Positions 40,365 to 49,803 of a stretch of 64,000 nt of DNA are shown here, in pieces; within the stretch, counting starts at the first letter, position 1; every line of letters begins with the position of its first letter. A program made the translations under genes and the position numbers. The stretch is from Bacillota bacterium (GTDB lineage Bacteria > Bacillota > Sulfobacillia > JAJZYS01 > JAILZS01). Location of the stretch: assembly GCA_023512375.1 (NCBI GenBank), contig JAILZS010000005.1:19370-83369 (forward strand), read 5' to 3'. The notes beneath the pieces were generated by a model that saw nothing but the letters and a program-made list of their open reading frames with translations, ran no database searches and was not told the origin of the DNA.

Positions 40365-41489
40365 ATGCCGACGGGTCGGGCGGCCGTTCTGGAGGACTAC
40401 GGGGAGGACCTGAAGCTGTGGGAGGTGCAGGTGGACGACCCGGGACCGGGCGAGGTGCTCGTGCGCATGGCCTACTCTGGCGTCTGCCACACCGACGAGC
40501 ACGTCGTCACAGGCGACCTCCCTCTGCCCGTGCCCATGGTGTTGGGGCACGAGGGGGCGGGCGTGGTGGAGGCGATCGGGCCGGGCGTGACGCGCCTTCG
40601 CCCGGGCGACCGCGTCGTCCTCTCCTGGCTCCCGGCCTGCGGCCGCTGCCAGGCCTGCCGGTCCGGCTGGACCGGCATGTGCCGCACCACCAGCCGGGCG
40701 GCGGAGAAGGGCACGCTGTGGGACGGCGCCGTGCGGGTGCATGCGCACGGCCGGCCGCTCTCGGTCATGAGCCTCACGGGCACGTTGGCCACGTACGCGG
40801 TCGTGCCGGAGCAGGGGGCGGTCGCCGTGGACGCCGACGTCCCCCTGGCGCAGGCCGCCCTCCTGGGATGCAGCGCCACCACGGGGTACGGCGCCGTCGC
40901 CCACGCCGCCCGCCTGCGCCCCGGCGCCTCCGTCACGGTGATCGGCGTGGGGGGCGTGGGCCTGCACGTGGTGCAGGCGAGCCGCCTCATGGGGGCGGAG
41001 CGCATCTTCGCCGTCGACCGCTTCCCCGCCCGGCTGGAGGCGGCGCGGCGCCTGGGCGCCACCGACCTGGTGCGGGTGGGCGAGGGGGAGGGCGACGCGC
41101 TCGTGCGCATTCTCGACGCCACCGGCGGCATGGGCACCGACTACGCCTTCGAGGTGGTGGGCACCCCCGCCACCATCGCCCAGGCGTTCAACGCCGTGCG
41201 GCCCGGCGGTACGGCGGTCGTGGTGGGGGTGGCGCCGCCGCACGAGGAGGTGTCGCTCAACGCCTTCGCCTTCCCCTCCCAAGGGAAGACCCTCACCGGC
41301 ACCTGGTACGGCGGCGGCGACCTGGCCGAGGATGTGGCCGCGCTCCTGGGCGCGCAACGCGCCGGGCGCATCCACCTCGAGGCCTTTCTGGGCGAACCCT
41401 TTCCCCTGGAGCGCGTGAACGACGCCTTCGCGGCCCTGCGTGCCGGCTCGGCCACCCGGCCCATGGTGGCGCTCGGGGGCGAGCCCTAG
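40365..41489 (+). CDS. Zn-dependent alcohol dehydrogenase (MDR family)
   Basis: GVCHTD, GHEGAG, CGRCQAC...C structural Zn, GVGGVG. Confidence 0.92.
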   Translation: MPTGRAAVLEDYGEDLKLWEVQVDDPGPGEVLVRMAYSGVCHTDEHVVTGDLPLPVPMVLGHEGAGVVEAIGPGVTRLRPGDRVVLSWLPACGRCQACRSGWTGMCRTTSRAAEKGTLWDGAVRVHAHGRPLSVMSLTGTLATYAVVPEQGAVAVDADVPLAQAALLGCSATTGYGAVAHAARLRPGASVTVIGVGGVGLHVVQASRLMGAERIFAVDRFPARLEAARRLGATDLVRVGEGEGDALVRILDATGGMGTDYAFEVVGTPATIAQAFNAVRPGGTAVVVGVAPPHEEVSLNAFAFPSQGKTLTGTWYGGGDLAEDVAALLGAQRAGRIHLEAFLGEPFPLERVNDAFAALRAGSATRPMVALGGEP

Positions 41490-41523
41490 GCCGGCGACGG
41501 CGGCGAAGGGAGGACGGCGGCGG

Positions 41524-41949
41524 ATGTACTTCTCCGACACCGAGGACGTGTACCGCGTCCTGGGAAGCTTCTTCGAGTCCCTCATCCCTCTGCCTCAGGC
41601 GGCCCTCATCCACAAGGTGGGGGGCGTGGTGGCCTTCCGTTTTCACCACCCGGAGGCGCGCATCGCCTGGGTGCCCGAAGATCCCGCCCAGACCGGGCGC
41701 GACTTTCGCGTCGTCCTGGGCGAGCCGCAACCCGAGCCCCTCCTCGCCTTCGACCAGGACGCCGACCTCGCCAACCGGTTCTGGCAGGGGAAGCTCGACC
41801 TCGCCCAGGCCCTGTCGCGCCAGCAGATCCGCGCCAGCGGCCCCTTATCGCGGGCCATGAAGCTCCTCCCCAGCCTGGACGACATCTACCCCCTCTACCC
41901 CGAGCATGTGCGTCGCCTGGGGCGGCCGGAGCTGGTGGTGGAGCTGTGA
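41524..41949 (+). CDS. SCP2 sterol/lipid-binding domain protein
   Basis: ADLANRFWQGKLDLAQAL...IRASG pattern typical of SCP2 C-terminal half. Confidence 0.72.
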   Translation: MYFSDTEDVYRVLGSFFESLIPLPQAALIHKVGGVVAFRFHHPEARIAWVPEDPAQTGRDFRVVLGEPQPEPLLAFDQDADLANRFWQGKLDLAQALSRQQIRASGPLSRAMKLLPSLDDIYPLYPEHVRRLGRPELVVEL

Positions 41950-43457
41950 GCCTTCCCCTGCCCGCCGACCTTGTGGACGGGCGCGCGTTCGTCGCCGGCC
42001 GGCGCCAGGAGGTGGGCGAGGGCGAGCCGCGCCCCGACGTCGACCCGTCTACCGGTCAGGTCTTCGCCCACGTGCCCCAGGCCGGTGCCGCCGACGTGGA
42101 CCGGGCCGTGCGCGCCGCCCGGACGGCGCACGAGGCGGGGGCGTGGCGGGAGATGCCGGTGCTCGAGCGCCAGCGCATCCTGTCCGCCATGGCCGACGCG
42201 CTGCGCGCCCGTACGCTCGACCTGGCGCGGCTCGTGGCGCGAGAGAGCGGCATGCCCATGCATGCCGCCCGGTTCATCGAGGTACCCATGGCGGCCGACG
42301 CCTTCGACTTCTTCGCCGCCGCCGGCACGCTGGTGCACGGCCACACCCTCCCCTTCAGCCTGCCGGGGGCGACGACACGCTATCTCACGTTCACGGAGCG
42401 GCGGCCGGTGGGCGTCGCCGCCCTCATCACGCCGTGGAACTTCCCCCTCCTCATGCCGGCCTGGAAGGTGGCGGCGGCCCTCGCGTCGGGGTCGGTGGCC
42501 GTCCTCAAGCCGGCGCCGGAGACGCCGCTGACGGCGTTGGCCCTCGCCCTGGCCGCCCAGGAGGCGGGCCTGCCGGAGGGGACCCTCACCGTCCTGCCGG
42601 GGGGAGACGACGCGGGGGCGGCGCTGGTGGCCCATCCCGGGGTGGACAAGGTGGCCCTCACCGGCGAGGTGGCGACCGGGCGGGCGGTGGCGCGTGCGGC
42701 GGCCGACGGACCCAAGCGCGTGGCGCTGGAACTGGGGGGCAAGTCGCCCAACATCGTGTTCGCGGACGCGGACCTGGACGAGGCCGTGGCGGGCGCCCTG
42801 TTCGGCGTCTTCTTCAACTCCGGCCAGGTCTGCCAGGCGGGCAGCCGCATCCTCGTGCAGCGGGAGGTGGCGGACGAGTTCGCGCGCCGCTTCGCCGACC
42901 GGGCGGCCGAGCTCGTCGTCGGGGGGGCGGAGGACGAGATGACCGACCTGGGCCCCCTGGTGAGCGCCGCCCAGCGGGAGCGCGTCCTGGGCCACGTGGC
43001 GCGGGCCCGGCGCGAGGGGGCGGGCGAGCTTCTCCTCGGGGGGGAGGAGCCCCTGTCCGTGGCCGGACACGAGGGCGGGTTCTTCGTCGCCCCCACCGTG
43101 TTCGCCGGCGTGGACCCGGCGAGCGCCCTGGCGCAACAGGAGGTGTTCGGGCCCGTGGCCGCCATCCTCCCGTTCGCGGACGAGGAGGAGGCGGTGCGCA
43201 TCGCCAACGGCACGATGTACGGCCTGGCGGCCGCCGTGTGGACGCGCGACGTGCGCCGCGCCCTCACCGTGGCCCGGGCCCTGGAGGCGGGGACGGTGTG
43301 GGTCAACGCCTACCAGGTGCTCACCCCCACGGCGCCCTTCGGCGGCCTCAAGGCGAGCGGCTACGGCAAGGAGCTCGGCATGGAGGGCGTCCTGGGCTAC
43401 CTGGACACGAAGAGCGTGATTGTGGACCTCAACCCGAGCGCGCTCCAGTACTTCTGA
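41946..43457 (+). CDS. aldehyde dehydrogenase
   Basis: ITPWNFP, LKPAPETP, LELGGKSP, NSGQVCQAGSR, EVFGPV, PFGG.K.SG.GKE. Confidence 0.95.
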   Translation: MSLPLPADLVDGRAFVAGRRQEVGEGEPRPDVDPSTGQVFAHVPQAGAADVDRAVRAARTAHEAGAWREMPVLERQRILSAMADALRARTLDLARLVARESGMPMHAARFIEVPMAADAFDFFAAAGTLVHGHTLPFSLPGATTRYLTFTERRPVGVAALITPWNFPLLMPAWKVAAALASGSVAVLKPAPETPLTALALALAAQEAGLPEGTLTVLPGGDDAGAALVAHPGVDKVALTGEVATGRAVARAAADGPKRVALELGGKSPNIVFADADLDEAVAGALFGVFFNSGQVCQAGSRILVQREVADEFARRFADRAAELVVGGAEDEMTDLGPLVSAAQRERVLGHVARARREGAGELLLGGEEPLSVAGHEGGFFVAPTVFAGVDPASALAQQEVFGPVAAILPFADEEEAVRIANGTMYGLAAAVWTRDVRRALTVARALEAGTVWVNAYQVLTPTAPFGGLKASGYGKELGMEGVLGYLDTKSVIVDLNPSALQYF

Positions 43458-43473
43458 GGCGGGGGGAGAGGCG

Positions 43474-44214
43474 TTGATCCGCGGGCTCCTGCTCGACCTC
43501 GACAACACCCTCATCCAGGTGGACGTGGACGCCTTCGTGGAGCGCTACGCCCGCGCCGTTGCCCGCCGCCTCATGCCGGAGGATCCGGAGCGCGGGATGG
43601 CGGTGGTGGCCGGCGCCTCCTACCGCCTCTTGGCGGAGCGCTCGCCCAAGGAGCGCAACCGCGACCGCCTCCTCCGGGCCCTGGCGGCGGAGCTGGGGGA
43701 GGAGCCCCGGGCGCTGTGGACGCGCCTGGAGAGCGTGGCGGCGGAGGTGCTTCCCGCCCTGCGGCCGCTGGTTCGACCCCTCCCCGGGGCGCGCGAGGTG
43801 GTGGCCGAGGCGCGCCGGCGCGGGCTGCGCCTGGCCCTGGCCACCAACCCCATCTACCCCCGGCGCGTGATCGTCGAGCGCATGCGCTGGTCGGGGCTGG
43901 GGGAGGAGGACGTCGACCACGTGGCCTGCCTCGAGGCCTCCTCCGCCACCAAGCCCGACCCGGCCTACTTCGCCGAGCTGGCGGCCGCCCTCGGGCTGGA
44001 GGAGGAGGAGTGCCTCATGGTCGGGGACGACCCCGATCAGGACGTGCCGGAAGGCGAGAGCGCGCTCCACGTCCACCTTCTGGCACCGGCGGACGGGGAG
44101 GCGGGTCGCGGGCGCGTGCGCCGCGGCCCCTTGGCCTCCCTGTGGCGGGTATGGGACGACCTCCTCCCGGGCGCCGTGGCCGGCGCCCGGGAGGAGGGGG
44201 GCGCGCGCGCCTAG
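43474..44214 (+). CDS. HAD-family hydrolase
   Basis: DLDNTL motif I, ATN motif II, KPDP, MVGDD. Confidence 0.88.
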   Translation: MIRGLLLDLDNTLIQVDVDAFVERYARAVARRLMPEDPERGMAVVAGASYRLLAERSPKERNRDRLLRALAAELGEEPRALWTRLESVAAEVLPALRPLVRPLPGAREVVAEARRRGLRLALATNPIYPRRVIVERMRWSGLGEEDVDHVACLEASSATKPDPAYFAELAAALGLEEEECLMVGDDPDQDVPEGESALHVHLLAPADGEAGRGRVRRGPLASLWRVWDDLLPGAVAGAREEGGARA

Positions 44215-45371
44215 CCGGCGGGGGAGGCGGGCGCCGCCGCGGCGACGGCCGTATCCTGGGCGGCGGCGGCCCAGGGACAGAGCGGGTCGGTGCCGAGGGG
44301 GTCGCCCGTGGCGGCGTAGGCGCGGGCGCGCGACCCGCCGCAGGTGAAGCGCGCCGGGCACTCGCCGCAGGGGCCGTGGAAGGCGCGGGCGCGGATGGCC
44401 TGAAGCACCGGGTGGGTGCGGTACACGTCCACGAGCCGGTCGGAGCGCACGTTGCCGAGGGGGAGGGGAAGGAGCCCTCCCGGATGGACGGTGCCGTCGT
44501 GGGCCACGAACAAGATGCCGTCGCCGTCCAGGGTGCCGGCCCGCGCCAGGTGGGGCGGCCGCCTGGGCGGGCCCAGGCGGTCCCTGAGGTCGGCCGTGAG
44601 GCGGTCGTACAGCGGCCCGAGCACGAGCGTCCCCTCCCGCATGCCCTCGAACACGCGGCGGATGAAGGGGGCCTCCACGGTGCGCAGCTCGATGCCGTAG
44701 CGCGTGCTCTCCACCAGGAAGGCGCATACGTCGAGGACCTCGGCGGGCGTGAGGTATTCGCTCGCCAGGGCGCGGCCGGTGGCGACGAGGAAGAACACCT
44801 CCCACACCCGCACCCCCGCGCCCACCAGGGTGGCGGCGACGTGGGGCAGGTCGGCCACGGTGGAGCGCATGACCACCGTGTTCACCTGGACGACCAGGCC
44901 GCGCGCCAGGGCGGCGCGAAGCGCGGTCACCGAACGCGCATGCGTCCCCTCAACGCCGCGCAGGCGGTCGTGGCCTTCGGGGCCGGCGTCGATGCTGACG
45001 GACAGGCCGTGCACGCCCAAGGCGGCGAGGCGGTCCAGGGTGCGCTCGTTCAGGCGGTCGGTGGCGCTAGGCGAGACCGCCGTCACCAGGCGCAGGCTGT
45101 GGGCCACGGCCAGGAGTTCCTCGAGGTCCGGGCGCAAGAGGACGTCCCCGCCCGTGAACACCACCACCGGCGGGTGGGGGGCGAACTCCGCCGCCTGGAA
45201 CAGGAGGTCGATGCCTTCCGCGCGGTCCAGCTGGCCGGGAAGGGGGTCGGGCTGGGCGCTGGCCCGGCAGTGGCGGCAGGCGAGAAGGCAGGCGCGCGTC
45301 GTCTCCCAGAACAGGAGGACGGGGTGGTCGGCGAAGCGCGGCTGGGCGGGGGGCGGCGTCTGGGCGCTCAC
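44211..45371 (-). CDS. radical SAM/SPASM protein (TIGR04053-like, NirJ/Ahb/PqqE clan)
   Basis: FWETTRACLLACRHCRA, FTGGD, HDRLRG, C-terminal CGEC....CGGSRARAY...DPLC. Confidence 0.85.
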   Translation of the reverse strand: MSAQTPPPAQPRFADHPVLLFWETTRACLLACRHCRASAQPDPLPGQLDRAEGIDLLFQAAEFAPHPPVVVFTGGDVLLRPDLEELLAVAHSLRLVTAVSPSATDRLNERTLDRLAALGVHGLSVSIDAGPEGHDRLRGVEGTHARSVTALRAALARGLVVQVNTVVMRSTVADLPHVAATLVGAGVRVWEVFFLVATGRALASEYLTPAEVLDVCAFLVESTRYGIELRTVEAPFIRRVFEGMREGTLVLGPLYDRLTADLRDRLGPPRRPPHLARAGTLDGDGILFVAHDGTVHPGGLLPLPLGNVRSDRLVDVYRTHPVLQAIRARAFHGPCGECPARFTCGGSRARAYAATGDPLGTDPLCPWAAAAQDTAVAAAAPASPAG

Positions 45372-46456
45372 GTCATCGGCACCTGGGTGCGCACCCGGTT
45401 CTCCAGGCGCGCCAGGATGTCGGGGAAGCTCGGGCCGGTGGCGGTGATGCCGTGGTTGCGCAGGCCGATGATCGTCCGCTCCGGGTGGGGGTCGCGGTCG
45501 AACAGGTCGGCCATCGCCTTGCCCATCTCCACCGTGCCGCACGGGTAGTTCACCTCGGTGGTGGCCACCCCGTCCACCCAGGCGTGGATGTGGATCATGG
45601 CGCCGATCTCGGGGTGGCGCTCGTACACCTGCCAGTGCTCGACGGCGTCCACCGACACCCTCAGGGGCGAGGCCCCCGGCGGCACGCTGATGCGCATGGC
45701 GTCGGCGTCGGGGTCGTAGCCCTTCACCAGGAGGACGTCCCTCCCCACCTGGCCGACCTTGCCCTTGTCGACGCCGCTGGCGCTCATCCAGAAGCGGTGG
45801 CGGTCGTGGCGCGCGCTCAGGTTGCCGTAGCTCAGGCCGCCGATGCCGAAGACGTGGCGAAGGTGGCGGTAGTCGTCCGGGCCGAGCATCTCCGCCACCG
45901 GGTAGGGGGCCGGGAAGAGGGCCCAGCGGTCCAGGGTGCGCGCCGCCTCCGCCAGCTCCCGCGTCACCTGGGTCCCCTGGGCCAGCTCGGGCTCCATGTC
46001 CTCGTCGAACACGTTGTCGATCACCAGGTGGGAGGTGGCCAGGGGGGCGATGCGGTCGTATACCGCCTCGAAGAAGGCGTCGCCGTCGGCCGTCGTCGCC
46101 CGCGCCGCCTCGTAGCAGCCGAGCTCGGGCGTCACCATGTGGGCGACGGGCCTGCCGTCGGGGCCCGGATGGCCGTACACGAGCAGGTTGGACAGCGACC
46201 GCACGAGCACGGGATAGGTGGCCCGCAGGACGTCGTCCGGCGTCGGCCCCTCCGCCACCCCGACCACGAACGTGGCCCGCGCCCGCCGCCGGAAGGGACG
46301 CGGGGCCTGGGGGCGCACGCGGTGGAAGACCAGGTTGGCCGCCTGGGGATCGTCGATCCGCTCGTGGCCGTGGCGCTCCATCGCCCGGGCGATGCCCACC
46401 TCCATTGCCTGGTGCCACGGCGAGTCGATGTCCTCGGGCACGAACGCGTAGCGCAT
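45368..46456 (-). CDS. class II aldolase/adducin family protein with long N-terminal extension
   Basis: GNLSAR, SVDAVEH..VY..HP, IHIHA, GLRNHG metal-binding His motifs; GGAGGG RBS. Confidence 0.8.
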   Translation of the reverse strand: MRYAFVPEDIDSPWHQAMEVGIARAMERHGHERIDDPQAANLVFHRVRPQAPRPFRRRARATFVVGVAEGPTPDDVLRATYPVLVRSLSNLLVYGHPGPDGRPVAHMVTPELGCYEAARATTADGDAFFEAVYDRIAPLATSHLVIDNVFDEDMEPELAQGTQVTRELAEAARTLDRWALFPAPYPVAEMLGPDDYRHLRHVFGIGGLSYGNLSARHDRHRFWMSASGVDKGKVGQVGRDVLLVKGYDPDADAMRISVPPGASPLRVSVDAVEHWQVYERHPEIGAMIHIHAWVDGVATTEVNYPCGTVEMGKAMADLFDRDPHPERTIIGLRNHGITATGPSFPDILARLENRVRTQVPMT

Positions 46457-46849
46457 CTCGTCCCTCCTCCGCTGCCCGGGCCGCGGCCGTGCGGCCGCGC
46501 GCCGGGCGCTCACGCGCAGGATACCCGCGCCGGCCGGCCCGAGGTATGGCCGGACGGCCGCGGTCCCATGGACCCAACGGCGGGGGGCGGACGGCCCCCG
46601 GCGCGGGCGGCCGGAACCAACGCCCGGGGCCCAACGGCCCCGGACGCGCGCCCATCGTTCCCGCGCCGGGCGCCCGATGGGTCGTACCGGCGGTCGGCCC
46701 GCGGGTGTTCCCTAAGGATGAAGCGCGAGGGCGCACCGGATGCGAAGGCGTCCGGAGACCGGCCGGAGGCCGAAACCTCAGACCGATGGACGACCGGGCG
46801 GGGCCGGCGCGCCTGAGCGGAACGGCTCCCGACCGAAGGGGGATGGCGT

Positions 46850-48016
46850 GTGTACGTAGCCGTGCTGCCCGAGAGCGCCGCCGGGGAGCGGCGCGTGGCC
46901 CTCGTGCCCGAGGGCGTGGCGGCCGTCGTGCGCGCGGGGCACCGCGTCGGCGTCGCCGCCGGCGCGGGCGCCGGCGCGGGCCTGGCGGACGCGGCGTACC
47001 GGGAAGCCGGGGCGGAGGTGGTGGAGCGCCCGGAGGATCTCCTGGCCCGTGCCGACGTGGCGGTGGCGGTGCGCCTGCCGGCGCCCGAGCTGGTGGCGAA
47101 GATGCGGCCGGGGAGCGTCCTCGTCGGCGTCCTCCAGCCCGTGGCCCAGGCCGAACGCATCGCCGCCCTGGCGCGCTCCGGCGTCGACGCCTACAGCCTC
47201 GACGCGTTGCCGCGCATCACGCGCGCCCAGGGCATGGACGTCCTCTCCTCGATGAGCACCGTCGCCGGGTACCGGGCGGTCGTGCTGGCGGCCGAGCTGA
47301 GCGGGAAGTTCTTCCCCCTGCTCATGACCGCCGCCGGCACCGTCGCCCCCGCCCGCGTCCTGGTGTTGGGGGCGGGGGTGGCGGGTCTCATGGCGGTGGC
47401 CACGGCGCGCCGCCTGGGGGCGGTGGTGCAGGCCTTCGACGCCCGCCCCGCCGTGCGCGAGCAGGTGGAGAGCCTGGGCGCTTCCTTCCTTTCGATGCCC
47501 GACCTGGTGCTGGAGGGGGCGGGGGGGTACGCGCGCGCCGCCGCCCAGGAAGAGGAGGCGCGCGAGCGCGAGATCCTGAGGCAGCCGGTGGCGGCGGCGG
47601 ACGTCGTCATCACCACCGCCATGGTGCCGGGCGCCCCTGCGCCGCGCCTGATCGACGCCAGTGCCGTGGACGCCATGCGGCCCCAGAGCGTGATCGTCGA
47701 CCTGGCGGCGGAGGCCGGGGGCAACTGCGAGCGCACCGTGCCCGGGGAGCGGGTGCGCACCGAGGGCGGGGTGATCGTGGTAGGGGACACCGACCTCGTC
47801 TCCCAGATGGCCTTGCCCGCCAGCCAGCTGTTCAGCCGCAACCTCGTCGCCTACCTCCAGCACCTGTGGGGGCAGGGGTTGGCCGACGGCCCGGACGGCC
47901 GCACGCAGCCGCCCCGCGGCGAGGACGAGATCGTGGCCGCCACGCGCATCACGGCCGGAGGCGAGGTCGTGCACGCCGCCACGCGCGAGCGCCTGGCGGC
48001 GGCCGCCGCCCGGTAG
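46850..48016 (+). CDS. pntAA: NAD(P) transhydrogenase alpha subunit part 1
   Basis: ERRVALVP, PRITRAQ.MDVLSSM, GAGVAGL, DLAAEAGGNC. Confidence 0.93.
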   Translation: MYVAVLPESAAGERRVALVPEGVAAVVRAGHRVGVAAGAGAGAGLADAAYREAGAEVVERPEDLLARADVAVAVRLPAPELVAKMRPGSVLVGVLQPVAQAERIAALARSGVDAYSLDALPRITRAQGMDVLSSMSTVAGYRAVVLAAELSGKFFPLLMTAAGTVAPARVLVLGAGVAGLMAVATARRLGAVVQAFDARPAVREQVESLGASFLSMPDLVLEGAGGYARAAAQEEEAREREILRQPVAAADVVITTAMVPGAPAPRLIDASAVDAMRPQSVIVDLAAEAGGNCERTVPGERVRTEGGVIVVGDTDLVSQMALPASQLFSRNLVAYLQHLWGQGLADGPDGRTQPPRGEDEIVAATRITAGGEVVHAATRERLAAAAAR

Positions 48017-48049
48017 GCCCGCATCCTGGCGAGAGGGAAGGTGCTGCCC

Positions 48050-48358
48050 ATGCACGGCGCGCTCATGCAGGAGCTGTTCGTGTTCGTCCTCGCCGTCTTC
48101 CTCGGTTTCGCCCTGATCACGAAGATCCCGTCCGTCCTGCACACGCCCCTCATGTCGGCCACCAACGCCATCCATGGCGTGGTCCTGGTGGGGGCGATCG
48201 TGGCCGCGGTGCTGACGCGCGGTCCCGCCCAGGTGGCGCTGGGCGTGGCCGCCGTCTTCCTCGGCACCCTCAATGTGGTGGGGGGGTATGTGGTGACCGA
48301 TCGCATGCTCGAGATGTTCCGCAAGAGCCCGACGGGGGAGGCGGTGCGCCGTGGCTAG
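48050..48358 (+). CDS. pntAB: NAD(P) transhydrogenase alpha subunit part 2
   Basis: LHTPLMSATNAIHG, NVVGGYVVTDRMLEMF; start approximate. Confidence 0.93.
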   Translation: MHGALMQELFVFVLAVFLGFALITKIPSVLHTPLMSATNAIHGVVLVGAIVAAVLTRGPAQVALGVAAVFLGTLNVVGGYVVTDRMLEMFRKSPTGEAVRRG

Positions 48359-49742
48359 CGCGGCCGAGGCCGCCTACATGGCGGCGGCCGCCCTGTTTGT
48401 GGGCGGCGTGATGCTCCTTCGGGCGCCGGCCACGGCGCGGCGGGGGAACCTCCTGGCGGCGGGGGGGATGCTCATCGCCTTGGTGTTCACCCTCCTGGCC
48501 GTCACCCTGCGCCATACCGTGTGGTTGGCCGCGGCCTTCGTCGTAGGGGCGGCGGCGGGGGCGTACGTGGCCCGGGCCGTGAAGATGACCGCCATGCCGC
48601 AGCTGGTGGCCCTGTTCAACGGCATGGGCGGCGGGGCGGCGGCCCTCATCTCCCTGGACGAGGCGCTCTCCGCCCTCTCCCGCCACGCCCCCCTGGCGGC
48701 GGCCACGGCGGTGCCGGGCATGCTCACCCTCATCATCGGCTCGGTCAGCTTCGCCGGCAGCCTCATCGCCTTCGCCAAGCTGCAGGAGCTCATGACGGGC
48801 CGGCCCATCGTCTTTCCGGGCCAGAACCTCCTCAACGCCTTCCTCTTGGCGGTGGCGGTGGCCGCCGGCGTCCTGGCCGTGGCCGGCGCCCACCCGGTGC
48901 CGGCAGGCGTCCTCGTGGTGGGCCTCACCCTCCTGTCGGCCGTCCTGGGCGTCCTGTTCGTCTTGCCGGTGGGCGGCGCCGACATGCCGGTCATCATCTC
49001 CCTCCTCAACTCCCTTACCGGCTTGGCGGCGGCCGCCACCGGCTTCGTGCTGGAGAACGACGTGCTCGTCGTGGCCGGTGCCCTGGTGGGGGCCTCCGGT
49101 ACCATCCTCACCGTCCTCATGGCCAGGGCCATGAACCGCTCCATCGCCAACGTCCTGTTCGGCGCCTTCGGCCAACTCCAGACCGGAGCCGGGCAGGGGG
49201 CGGAGGGCGTCGTGCGCCCCACCTCCCCCGACGAGGTGGCGGTCCTCCTCGCCTACGCGCGCCAGGTGGTCATCGTCCCCGGCTACGGCCTGGCCGTGGC
49301 GCGCGCCCAGCAGGAGGTGAAGGACCTGAGCGACGCGCTGGCGGCCCGGGGGGTGCAGGTGCTGTTCGGCATCCACCCCGTGGCCGGGCGCATGCCGGGG
49401 CACATGAACGTGCTCCTGGCGGAGGCCAACGTGCCGTACGACCGCCTGTACGAGCTCGAGCAGGTGAACCCGGAGTTCCCCCGCACCGACGTGGTGCTGG
49501 TGATCGGCGCCAACGACGTCGTCAACCCGGCCGCCCGCACCGACCCCACGAGCCCCATCTACGGCATGCCGGTCCTCAACGTGGACCAGGCGAAGACGGT
49601 GGTGGTGCTCAAGCGCAGCATGGCGCCAGGGTTCGCCGGCATCGACAACCCCCTGTTCGTGCGGGAGAACACCCGCATGCTGTTCGGCGACGCCCGCGCC
49701 AGCGTCGCCGCCCTCCTGCGCGAGCTGCGCGAGGTGGCCTAG
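48351..49742 (+). CDS. pntB: NAD(P) transhydrogenase beta subunit
   Basis: MTAMPQLVA, GGADMPV, VPGYG.AVA, HPVAGRMPGHMNVLLAEA, GANDVVNP. Confidence 0.95.
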   Translation: MASAAEAAYMAAAALFVGGVMLLRAPATARRGNLLAAGGMLIALVFTLLAVTLRHTVWLAAAFVVGAAAGAYVARAVKMTAMPQLVALFNGMGGGAAALISLDEALSALSRHAPLAAATAVPGMLTLIIGSVSFAGSLIAFAKLQELMTGRPIVFPGQNLLNAFLLAVAVAAGVLAVAGAHPVPAGVLVVGLTLLSAVLGVLFVLPVGGADMPVIISLLNSLTGLAAAATGFVLENDVLVVAGALVGASGTILTVLMARAMNRSIANVLFGAFGQLQTGAGQGAEGVVRPTSPDEVAVLLAYARQVVIVPGYGLAVARAQQEVKDLSDALAARGVQVLFGIHPVAGRMPGHMNVLLAEANVPYDRLYELEQVNPEFPRTDVVLVIGANDVVNPAARTDPTSPIYGMPVLNVDQAKTVVVLKRSMAPGFAGIDNPLFVRENTRMLFGDARASVAALLRELREVA

Positions 49743-49803
49743 GCGCGGGCCTCGCCCGCGGCGGCGGACCGCCGCGGGAGCGATGGGGAGGGGGTAGGGA
49801 AGG

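Noticed and set aside
38607-41585. 992-aa minus-strand ORF and many similar long ORFs (e.g. 213-2147, 10045-12921, 13122-15611, 53951-56077, 60914-63058)
   Set aside because: Antisense or alternate-frame shadows of clear genes; long stop-free frames are expected at this GC content and the products are low-complexity Arg/Pro/Gly/Ala.
44211-46850. Mycofactocin/PQQ-type RiPP cluster around the radical SAM gene
   Set aside because: No precursor peptide, PqqD/MftB chaperone or peptidase was seen nearby.
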